DNA from: the human T2T-CHM13v2.0 reference genome, Homo sapiens
Length of the DNA stretch: 64,000 nt
Direction: 5' to 3' (one strand)
Assembly (NCBI RefSeq): GCF_009914755.1
Contig: NC_060927.1
Below the pieces are notes generated by a model, which was given only the letters and a program-made list of their open reading frames with translations, had not been told where the DNA came from and searched no databases. Position numbers and translations under genes: made by a program. This document shows, piece after piece, positions 1-10,790 of the stretch; position 1 is the first letter of the stretch, and each line of letters begins with the position of its first letter.

Positions 1-539
1 GATGTGCAAAAAATTCTATGACTTTTTAAACAATCAGCAGTATATCTCATGTGTTTTCCGTGACAGTGTATGTGTATTCTACCTTGTTCTTTCTTAATGG
101 TTCCATAAAATTCTATAGGATGTATATGCCGAAATTTTCTCAGTCAGTTCTCTATCTGTTGGATGTTTATGTGATTTCCTTTTCTTTTTTCCCTATTTCC
201 TCCGGTGTCACAGTGAGTGTCCTTCCACATGCCTCTGTGTACATGGGGGAGTAGTTTTCTCAGTGAGATATTCTGGAAGTGGAGTTGCTGATCATGTCTT
301 TTGTCTTACAGTAATTTTTAATGTCTTTCCCTCCGCTGTGTTTTATGATGCCTTGCACATATTAGGCACTTAATAAATATTTACTAAAGTGAACTCTTAA
401 GGATTTTTATCCTGGATTGATCCCCAGCTTGCTGTTTCATCTCAGTAAACTGTTTTATGACACCCTTAGGCCTATTTCACATCCTCTAAATGAATGAGAG
501 TTTTGGTTATCCAGTCTTCATTAGGGGAACTGAGGTGAA

Positions 540-723
540 ATTAGTCAAGCAGTATTTGATTATCTACTGTATGTGTGGCACTGGAGGTGTACAGAGATGA
601 GTGAGATTCAGGCTTAGCCCTCAAGGTATTTAAAAACCATCAGGATAGGCAGGCAGGAGGTGTAGTACTTCTCTGAGAAGCACATGTGTGTTGTCAGGGG
701 GCTCAGAGGAAGGGAAAAGGTGA
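540..723. mobile_element. Degraded L2 fragment, interrupted by Tigger1 and resuming at ~3075-3440
   Basis: L2-like motifs on both sides of the Tigger1 (CAAGCAGTATTTGATTATCTACTGT...GCCCTCAAGG; CTTCCCTGGAGAAGGGGACATTGAG). Confidence 0.45.
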
Positions 724-725
724 TA

Positions 726-3074
726 CTGGCACACCTGGGAGATGGTGCAGACGTGGCTCCAGATACCACAGTACAGTGGACATCAAAATAAAGCAAATCA
801 TGAACTTTTTGGTTTCCTAGTGTATATAAGAGTTGTGTTTACACTATATTGTAGTCTCAAGTGTACACTAACATTATGCCTAAAAAGTGTATATACCTTA
901 ATTAGAAATACTTTATTGGCAAAATATGCTAATGATCATCTGAGCCTTTAGTGAGTCATAATCTTTTTGCTGGTGGGGGGTCTTGCCTCCTTGTTGATGG
1001 CTGCTGACTGATCAGGATGGTGGTTGGCTGTGGCAGTTTTGTAAAATAAGACAACAATGAAGTTTGCCACATCGATCAACTCTTCCTTTCACAAAAGATT
1101 TCTCTGTAGCATACGATGCTGTTTGATAGCATTTAACCCATAGTGGAGCTCCTTTCAAGATCGGAGTCAGTTCTCTAAAACCCTGCTGCTACTCTATCAA
1201 CTAAGTTTATGATCCTATTCTAAATCCTTTGTTGTCATTTCAGCAGTGTTCACAGCATCTTCACCAGGAGCAGATTCCATCTCAAGAAACCACTTTCTTT
1301 CCTCATCCATAAGAAGCAACTCCTCATCTGTTCAAATTTGATCCTGAGATTGCAGCAATTCAGTCACATCCTCAGGCTCCACTTCTAATTCTACTTCTCT
1401 TGCTGTTTCCACAACATCTGCAGTGACTTCTCCATTGAAGTCTTGAACCCCTCAGAGTCATCCATGAGGGTTGGAATCTACTTCTTTTAGACTCCTATTA
1501 ATATTGATTTTTTGACCTCTTCCCATGAATCATGAATGTTCTTAATGGCATCAGAATAGTGAGTCCTTTCCTTGGAGTTCTCAGTTTACTTTTCCCAGGT
1601 CCATCAGAGGAGTCACTATGTATGGCAGCTCTAAGCTTATAAATGAATTTCTTAAATAATAAGACTTGAAAGTAAAAATTACTCCTTGATCCATGGGCTA
1701 CAGAATGGATGCTGTGTTAGGAGGCATGAAAATAACATTCATCTTGTACATCTCCATCAGAGCTTTTGGGTGACCAGGTGCATTGTCAAGGAGCAGTAAT
1801 ATTTTGAATGGATTCTTTTTTGCTGAGCAGTAGGTCTCAACAGTGGGCTTAAAGTATTCAGTAAAACATGTTGTAAACAGATGTTCTGTCATCTAGACTC
1901 TGTTGTTCCATTTCTAGAGCACTGGCAGAGTAGATTGAATATCATTCTTAAAGGCCCTAGAGTTTTCAGAAGGCTAAATGAACATTGGCTTCCATTAAAA
2001 GTCACCAACTGCATTACCCCCTAACAAGAGAGTCAGCCTGTCCTTTGAAGGTTTGAAGCCAGGCATTGATTTCTCCCCTCTAGCTATGAAAGTCTTAGAT
2101 GGCATCTTTTCCCAGTAGAAGACTGTTCTGTTTAGTATTGCTACCTTCATCAATGATCTTACATAGATCTTCTGGATAACTTGCTGCAGCCTCTCCATCA
2201 GCACTTGCTGCTTCACCTTGCACTTTTATGTTATGGAGATGGTGTCTTTACTTAAGTCTTATGAACCAACCTTGGCTCACTTCAGTCTTTTCTTCTGCAG
2301 CTTCCTCACCTCTCTCAGCCTTGACTGAATTGAAAAGAGAGAGAGCCTTGGGCTTGATTAGGCTTTTGCTTAAGGGAATACGGTGGCTGGTTTGATCTTC
2401 TATCCAGACCACTAAAACTTTTTCCATATCAGCAGTGAGTCCGTTTCACTTTCTTACCATTCATGTGTTCACAGGAGTAGCACATGTAACTTCTTTCAAC
2501 AACTTTTCCTAACTTGGCTAACTGTTAGGTGCAACAGGCCTAGCTCTCGGCCTATCTTAGCTTTCGACATGCCTTCCTCACTAAGCTTAATCATTTGTAG
2601 TTTTTAATTTAAAGTGAGAGACATGGGACTTTTCATTTGAACACTTAGAGGCCATTGCAGGGTTATTAATTGGCCTAATTTTGTTGTGTCTCAGGGGATA
2701 GAAAGGCCCAAGGAGAGGGAGAGAGACAGGGGTCGGGGAATGGCTCATTGCTGGAGCCATCAGAACACAACAGCATTTATCGGTTAAGTTCGCCGTCTTA
2801 CATGGACAATGTTCTCAGTGTCCCAAAACAATTACAAGAGTAACATGAAATGTCACTGATCACAGATCACTGTAACAGATATAACAATGAAAAAGCTTCA
2901 AGTATCATGAGAATTATCAAAACATGACTGAGAGACACAAAGTACATGCTGTTGGAAAGACAGCACCAGTAGACTTGCCTGATGCAGGCTTGCCACAGAC
3001 CTTCAACTTGTAAAAAAAAAAATGTGTTATCTGCAAAGTGGAATAAAGAGAAATGTGATAGAAGGAGGTACCTG
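726..3074 (-). mobile_element. Near-full-length Tigger1 DNA transposon with decayed pogo-family transposase
   Basis: TA then CTGGCACACCT at 726 and GAGGTACCTG ending at 3074 resemble the CAGGCATACCTC terminal repeats. Length ~2.35 kb. Minus-strand ORFs encode DDE transposase pieces ([14 protein letters not shown]...VIFMPPNT; [23 protein letters not shown]). Confidence 0.93.
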
Positions 3075-3537
3075 TGCTTCACTTGCATGCTGTCGAGGAG
3101 CAGCCTTCCCTGGAGAAGGGGACATTGAGATACCTCCAAAGAAAGGATATGATTTGGATGGGTGGAGATGTCCCAGAGAGGGAGGTGGTGGGCTGGAGGT
3201 GGTTCAGAGGGAAGAGCATGCCTGAATTCAGAAGAGGTGAGAAAAGTGAGACATCAGGTTCCCCTGAGGACTGGGTGTGTGGAGGGAAGTGGTGGGGGTA
3301 AAGCCGCAAAGCCAGCAGGGGACATATATTGGTAGGCTTGGGAATCCGGATGGGCTCAGCATGGACCTGGTAGGCACTGGGCCACCACGAGAGGAGTTTT
3401 AGTAGAATTGCTTTGTTGGAGTTGGTCTTGAGGAAGCAGCGCATTCAGTAAATCTGGGGCCTGAATAAAGAGGAGGCTTTGCTTCCAGGCACTTCTGTGA
3501 CATAACTTTTTCTTTTCCCTCTTTTCTGCTTCCTTAG

Positions 3538-3646
3538 CTGTCTGAAAACGTGGTGAACCGCATGAAGGAGCCCAGCTCTCCACCCCCTGCTCCCACATCT
3601 TCTACCTTTGGCCTTCAAGATGGCAACTTGAGAGCCCCTCACAAAG
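3538..3646 (+). CDS. CHCHD6: CHCHD6 coding exon 2 (109 nt): LSENVVNRMKEPSSPPPAPTSSTFGLQDGNLRAPHK
   Basis: Pyrimidine tract and TTAG acceptor at 3537; AAG|GTATGG donor. The translation matches remembered MIC25 sequence. Confidence 0.95.
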
Positions 3647-6600
3647 GTATGGGGATTGTGACAGTTCTGTGGAGTGTGGAGAGACAGTGAAAGGAGTGAT
3701 GGGTGCTCACCCGAGCCCACCTGATGGCGCACAGGGCTCAGGTTGGCTTCTGGATGACGTTAAGCAGCTCTGTCTGGTAAGGGCTTTCCGGAAGAGCATG
3801 GCTTTCTGGGAGTGATGGGGCTGTCATCAGAGCTGCCGGGATTCGGGTCGGACCACCTTCCCTCTGTGCCACTTTCTCCATGTGGGAATTGAGGCAGAAG
3901 GACCTGAGTTGACAGCTCAGGAAAGAAGTTGCCTTTAAGGCTCCTCAGAGGCGGCATAGCCATGACTCAGCTTCAGCCACTCTAGCCTAACTCCCAAGTC
4001 AAAGAATGATGTGGATTCACGTGAACAGGGCCAAGTATAGGAGAATTCCGTCAGTGATTTAGGCGCCTACCGCAGCAGCCCTCACCTGAGCCTCAGGCCG
4101 AGAGCTCCTGTCCTGGCCCTTGGAATGGTTCCCTCTGGGCTTCTAGGAGGGGTCCTAGGAGTTCCTCTTCCTGGCCCACTGTGAAGCTGGTGCTCAAGCC
4201 GGGCTCAAAGCTGATTTGTTCCCTACTGTATTGTGCGTGTTGCAAATGAAGAAATTTGTGCTTTCCCCAAATAACGACTTGTAGCAAACACAAGGAAATA
4301 AAATTTTAAGGAAAAAAGTTCTAAGGCATACAAATGTTAAAATATTACAAAATAAAAAAGTCCTTGGAGCAACTGCTCAAAACATACTTGTTTTTGAGAA
4401 CTTGGGTCTGTCTATCAGATTCCGTAACTCAATTAAAAAAAAAAAAAGATTGGCTGGAGGCAGCATGCCACCACGGAAGGACCGACTGTTCAGGTGGATA
4501 ACCACCCACTAGATTGTTCTTCTTGGGCCTGGTCTCGCGTTACAGTTGCCTTTTCTACTCATCTTCCCTGTTGGGTTGAAAGAGTTTAGAATATGAGAGC
4601 TGTATCCTGCCCACTTAGTGTTTACTGAAGGCCACCCAGAACCAAGTCCTGTGCCCTGTGCCAAGACACAGTGATAGGTGGGCAGGGACCCTCTCTCATG
4701 GCACACCTGGCTCTGGTTATGGAGACTGATGAGTTATGTGTCATGTTGTGATGCAACACTGGAATCTGTACCAGGCTCACGGGAGAAGAGGGACTGTGAA
4801 AGGCAGGAGGAATGGTGGTGGGTGGGCACTGCGAATGGGCAGATTGCAGGAGCGGAGGTCCGGCGACAGGGTGCATCCCAGCCTGCTCGGGGGCCTAGAA
4901 GCATTGCCCAGGAGCCAGTCAGCACCTGGATTTGGACCCACCCCAAGATCTTTCTGAATATCTACCACTGTAGGGGATGTGTGAGATTCCCGAAAACCCT
5001 CCAAGAAGCCCTTGTCCTTTACTAATAGGGCTCACTTACTCCCCACGCTGGCTCTAACTAACTGATGAGAAGGGCTTAAGAGGAGTCTAACTTGACCCAA
5101 TGCACTTTAACAAACTGGATTAACTCGAAAGAGGGAGAAAGTGATGATAAAAGCGAAAATTGCCATAATATATAATACTACACATCAGTTTCAGCTTTAG
5201 AAGAAATAAGAAGCATTTGCTTCAGTTTGGTAAGTTCCAGCAGTTTAGAAAGCAAGAACAGTGGTTCTTTTGTCACTTGGAGTTAATTATAACAAAGTAC
5301 TTTGCTGTTTAAATGATAGGTGTAAGTTTTGTTTCTGAATGTTGAAGAGTCAGCATAAATGGACTGTCTTAAAGTTAACTAATTTTAAGATATTTTGTAC
5401 TTTTAAAACCAGTTTTTGCTTTATTTTAGTGATGGAACAAAGTTAGAAAAAGAAATTAAAATTAAATTCTTCTCATACTATACCCCCCAAAAATGTCAGA
5501 GGAAATAAAAGATTGAAATGTATGGCTTGAAGCCATGAAAGTACAATAGAAGATAGATTTTCTACACGTCATATTAAACGAAGAAACCTTAAATTAAAAA
5601 AAATAGGAAATGTGAATATAAGAAATTAGACAATTTAGAAAAGAAGTAACAGGAATGGATAAGTTAGGGAAAATATAACATTTGACAAAGTCCTAGTAAT
5701 CTTAATATGTAGCGAGTTCTTAAAGATCTTTAAGAAAGACAACTCAGTAGGAAATGTGCACAGATGGCCATACTCATGACAGGATCTCCACGTCACTAAT
5801 ACTGAAAGAAACACATGTTCAACAATGTGCACTCCAAGGGAGCGGGGAGCGGGCAGGGGCACACAGAAAGGGCAGTGAGGATGAGTGCCACATGCTCTAC
5901 ATTGGCAGCCCCGTTATTTTTGTAGTTAAAAAATGGAAAATTATATAAAAAGCAAAAATACCAGACATTAAACCTCAGTAAAGCTCTTCAGACAAATAAA
6001 TAAGCATGGCGAGCACTAGTGTGGAGATGAAACCCCGCAGCAGGCTCCTGAGTTCACCTCAGTTGAGAACCTGGTGTGTTGCTGAGGAGCATGGGAGGTG
6101 CTCTCCTCCCATGAGAGGTGGTTTGAAAGTGCGAGTAGTCACAGCTGATGCTTTCAGAAGTGCCCCCCGAAGGATCCCTGACGGGTCTGGGGTGGAGTCG
6201 CACACCCTCATTGAGCGCCTCACACAGCCTGGTTCTTATGTTATGCTCTATGTGGTTCTGGCTGCTGGTGCATAGAACCCTGTGGTGGAGGGAGGTGTGG
6301 GACATCGGAGAAGGCCAAGAAAGGTGGTGAGCTTTGGCTGACAGAGAGCTTTGGAAGGGTAAAGGCTGGGGACAGGGTAGTAACAAAACCTTCAGTATCA
6401 GCAAGTGGTGGGGAGAGTGAATTGGATTTGCTCAGAAATCCCGAAATTCGTGATGATCAAAAGGGACCTACTGTAACAACAAAAAGAGCCCAATAATACT
6501 AAAGGCGATAGTGGTTAAGTAGAATTAGGTTTAATATGGGGCATTTGCCACAGTGAGGATTGTGCAGACTCAGGTGGGTACTAAGGGAAACAAGATTTAA

Positions 6601-7020
6601 AGAGCCCCCACCCCTTCCCTTCCCTATGCCAAAACCTCTACCCGGGAGGTTGTCCTCATGAAGCAAAGCAATGACTTCCCGCAGCCACTCCTGGCCTGTG
6701 CTTAGGAGATGACCTGGATTCCAAATAATTGTCAGGAGAGTAGGGATGGGTTTGGAACACTGCACCCAGTGTTGTGGGCATCCTGGTGCAGAGACCCCTT
6801 CGGGATAAGAGGTGGCTTGGATCATCTGGCTTTCCAGACAGCTTGAATCAAGGGTGTTCCTTGTCTGCCCCTGTGGACGCTCCTTTGTGGGGACACATCT
6901 GTGATGCTGCCTTCCAAGGGGCACATTCATTCATGGGGGTCATTCCTCTCTGGGTGACCTCTGTGACTTCGTGGACCCTGGGGTGCCACTGACAGGCCCT
7001 TTCTTCTCTTTCCTTTGCAG

Positions 7021-7090
7021 AATCCACACTGCCCAGGTCGGGGAGCAGTGGTGGCCAGCAGCCCTCAGGGATGAAGGAGGGTGTCAAGAG
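7021..7090 (+). CDS. CHCHD6: CHCHD6 coding exon 3 (70 nt): (E)STLPRSGSSGGQQPSGMKEGVK(R)
   Basis: TTCTTCTCTTTCCTTTGCAG acceptor; GAG|GTGAGC donor. Phase is compatible with exons 2 and 4. Confidence 0.95.
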
Positions 7091-7309
7091 GTGAGCCCGA
7101 GAGCCTGCTTGCTCCCGGCACTGCGCTCCGCCTAAAAGCCTCTTTCCTCACTGGGTACCCCTCTCCTTGCCTGAAGCCCTGGAGGCTTTGTCTCACATAA
7201 TTAATCTCAGTTGCATTGAAGGACAACCCTATGGTATAGGTATCACTGGTCCTAGTTTAAAGATGTAGAAACACCAAAAGGGGCATAGGGGAATTGATTG
7301 TTAATGTTC

Positions 7310-7555
7310 CTCATGCCCAGCAGTTTGAGAGGCCAAGGCAGGAGGGTTGCTTGAGGCCAGGAGTTTGAGACCAGCCTGGGCAACATAGCAAGACCCTGTC
7401 TCTAAAAGATAAAAAATTAGCTGGGGGTGGTGGTGTGTGCCTGTGTAGTCCCAGTTACTCGGGAGGCTGAGGTGGAAGAATCACTTGAGTTCAGGAAGCT
7501 GAGGCTGCAGGGAGCTGTGATTGCACCACTGAACTCCAGCCTTGGTGACCCTGTC

Positions 7556-7586
<31 letters not shown>
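7310..7586 (+). mobile_element. AluJ-like SINE with degraded 5' end
   Basis: Alu dimer (GAGGCCAGGAGTTTGAGACCAGCCTGGGCAACATAG) and long poly(A). Confidence 0.9.
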
Positions 7587-7590
<4 letters not shown>

Positions 7591-8252
7591 TTAAAAAAGC
7601 TAGGACTAAACAGTTGAGTGGCTGGAACTTCTGCATGTGTGTGCACATGCAGGCATGTTTTTAGAGAGATGAGGAAGTGGAGCCCTCCCAGTGCTAACTG
7701 TGGTTGTCCAGATGAACTGGCTCCAGGATGTTGGTAACTTTGTGAGCACAGGCCACGACCCCAAGAGCTGGCCACACCTCTGTCATGGGACCTGCTTCCT
7801 GTCGCCGGAGAAGTTTTAGCAAAGTGGTTAAGGCACAGAGGCCCCAGTGGAGCACAGGGTGGCATCTTGATCCTGCAACTTACTAGTTATGTGAACTTGA
7901 AATATCACTGCATCTAAGAAGGGCTAAGAAGAGTACTTCTTTAATTGGGATCTTGTCATGGTTAAATATGTTTATATATATCATGCACATGAGCACAGCA
8001 CCTGGCCTACAGAGTTCTCAGTGGATGCTCACAGTAGTTGTTACTGATTGACCTCTTCAGCATCCTTGAGGAAATTGCCCTCAGTATGGTCAGAGGACCC
8101 AGTGGGTCAGCTTAGGGGGCCCAGTGTCAGCCATGGTTGGGCGTTTGCCCTCTAGTAGTTCAGCCATGTTGGGTCTGTTGCATAGCCATGGGTTAAGACC
8201 CACATTCTAAGATTTACTCTCCCTAATCGGTCTTAGCAAGAATAACTCACCT

Positions 8253-8569
8253 GGCCAGGTGTGGTGGCTCAATCCTGTAATCCCAGTGAATTTAGGAGGC
8301 TAAAGCAGGAGGATTGCTTGAAGTCAGGAGTTTGAGCCCAGTCTGGGCAACATAGTGAGACCCTGTCTCTACAAAAAAATTAAAAACGTTAACTGGGGGG
8401 TAGTAACACATGCCTGTAGTCCCAGCTGCTCAAGAGGCTGAGGTGGGAGGATTGCTTGAGCCCAGAAGTTGGAGTTTACAGTGAGTTATGATTGCACCAC
8501 TGCACTCCAGCCTGGACCACATTGTGAGACCCAAAACCAAAAAAAAAAAAAAAAAAAAGAGGAAAAAAA
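8253..8569 (+). mobile_element. AluJ-like SINE
   Basis: GGCCAGGTGTGGTGGCTC start, two arms, A-rich tail. Confidence 0.9.
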
Positions 8570-9537
8570 GCCAACTATTAACCTGAACCCTGCTTTTTTG
8601 GTACTTTTAAACATTTTAAAAATGGTAAAGTAATGCCTGCTAATGAAAGATTTAGAAAATATACAAAGTGAAAAAATCACCCATAGACTCATCATCTCAA
8701 GACAACCACTGTTAATATTTTGGAGTATTTCATGTTCTTCTCCACCCAGTCCCCTCACCCCCCGTTTAGGGTTATTTTTTGAATGTCATAGATAATTTCA
8801 TATCTTGCTATTTTCACTTAGTATTATAATGATTTGTCATTAGTTGCACCTGCTTTATAAGCAGTTTTATTGCTAAAAGCATTTATTGGTTCTCAGTTTT
8901 TAGATTCAACCTACAGACAAATGAAAGACTATTTTCTAGTGATGATGTCATAGATCATTATATGATCACACCATATTTTCTTTAGCTTGACCTTGATTTT
9001 GGGACATTTAGGTTGCTTGCATTTTTTTCACTACAATAAATAATACTGTTAAGAGCATCTCAGCACTAATAACTTTTTTATTCTCTATAGGATTATTTTA
9101 CTAGGCAGAATGCCCAGAAATAGGTCAAAGGGTAGGAAGATATTCAGAATGAAGAGTTAAATGTTCAAAACAGAGGACTACTACCATCTCAAATCTTCAA
9201 GCTCTCAAGTGGAGGCAATCCGTGGATTGAGCCCCTCCCTGAGACTCTCACTGGGCATGGGGCTGCCTACTTGGCCAGGTCTCCTCCTGTTCCTGAGCTG
9301 TGTTGTCTTGGCTCAGTGTCATTGTCTCCTCTTGTCTGGGGAGCTGTCACTGATGCCTGAGCTTGGGTGTGGAATGATGGGGCATGCGGTTTCACAGCAC
9401 TCTCTCCTTTCCTGACCAGCCGCTGGCTGGTTTCAGCATTTCCCTGGTGGCTGAAGTGAGTGCGCAGATCTTGTCTTGGCTATGGGCTGCCCGTCATGCC
9501 ATCCACATCTGTTTCTCCTCATGTTTCTTCTGCACAG

Positions 9538-9682
9538 GTATGAACAGGAGCATGCTGCTATCCAGGATAAGCTCTTCCAGGTGGCAAAGAGGGAAAGAGA
9601 GGCTGCCACCAAGCACTCCAAGGCATCCCTGCCCACGGGCGAAGGCAGCATCAGCCATGAGGAGCAGAAGTCAGTCCGGCTG
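9538..9682 (+). CDS. CHCHD6: CHCHD6 coding exon 4 (145 nt): (R)YEQEHAAIQDKLFQVAKREREAATKHSKASLPTGEGSISHEEQKSVRL
   Basis: TTTCTTCTGCACAG acceptor; CTG|GTGAGT donor. The peptide is visible in ORF 9476..9703. The exon ends on a codon boundary. Confidence 0.96.
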
Positions 9683-10269
9683 GTGAGTGCAGATTTTCCC
9701 TGATCTGGCCTTCTGAGCTGGGCAGCACCCTGGGAAATAGGGGGCGGGCCCTGGCACCTGGTTAGTCTGAAGCCCTGCTGGCTCAGGCTGCCCCTGGGAT
9801 GTGCTCGGCTTCACCTCTGTGGAAAAGGGTCTTTTGGGAGCCAGGAACTGGGGTTCTCCCAGCCCTGGCTCTGTCAGTGATTTGCTTTGCTGCCTTTGGC
9901 ATGTTTTTGCAGTCTCTGTGGCCTCAGGTCTACACAGTAAGGGACCAGACCACTCAACAGTCTCACTTAGCTCTGAAACTTCACAGATGTCAGGGCTGCA
10001 GTGGTATGTGTGTCAGGAGCGTGTGAGGGCAGAGGACTAGAGGCCTGGAGCCATGTAATATATGACAGGGAGGGCATCATCTTTAGAGTTAGGCAGGTTG
10101 GGTGCAAATCCTGGACACCCTGTCTGTGAGTCTTGCTTGAAGTTCGTGATGTTTACACACAGGACTGCCCAGGGAATCAGAGGAGATAGTATTTGTCCAG
10201 GACTTAGCACATGCTGGCAGACCATGGGAGTGCACTATTGTTGTTATCATTAATACATTTAAGTGATGG

Positions 10270-10790
10270 GTGGCTATTAGGATCTTTTTGCTTAAGTGCA
10301 GCATTTATTTTGCAACATGAGAAGTCTCAAGTGCCCCCAGGGTTGACTAATTCAGTGGCTCACTAGCATCATCATGGACCTGGTGCTTCTCTTCCTGCCA
10401 CTCTGCCATCCACAGTGTGCCAGTGCATCCTAGGCAGGCTGTCCCCATGGTTAATGAAGGCTGTTACTGCCCCACAAGTCCCATGCAGACAGTAAAACCC
10501 TCAGTAGAAGAAGAGAGGCTGTGCCGACCCTTGTGTCTCTATCACAGGGATAACTTTCCTAGAAGCTCCTGGCAGAATTCCTCTTACATCACACTGGCTT
10601 GAATTGTACCAGGTGCCCATGGCTAAGCCAGTCCTCAGCAGAGGGGATACAGAGGGCTCCACTGACTGCAGCTAGGGCTCTTTTCTAGTCACATTAGGGA
10701 GGTTGCATATCCAGCTAGAATTAGGACTGACAGCAAGGAAGTTGGGGGAGGGAAGCATGGCTGTGGGCGGCATCTAATAACATCTGCTGG
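10270..10790. mobile_element. Old MaLR LTR (MLT1K/L-like)
   Basis: Motifs CTCTGCCATCCACAG and CCTCTTACATCACACTGGC resemble MLT1 LTRs. Highly diverged. Confidence 0.45.

Noticed and set aside
1698-2216. TIGD1-like gene
   Set aside because: Short frameshifted ORFs inside a Tigger1 fossil.
9476-9703. 75-aa ORF as a standalone gene
   Set aside because: It is exon 4 read through into flanking intron sequence.
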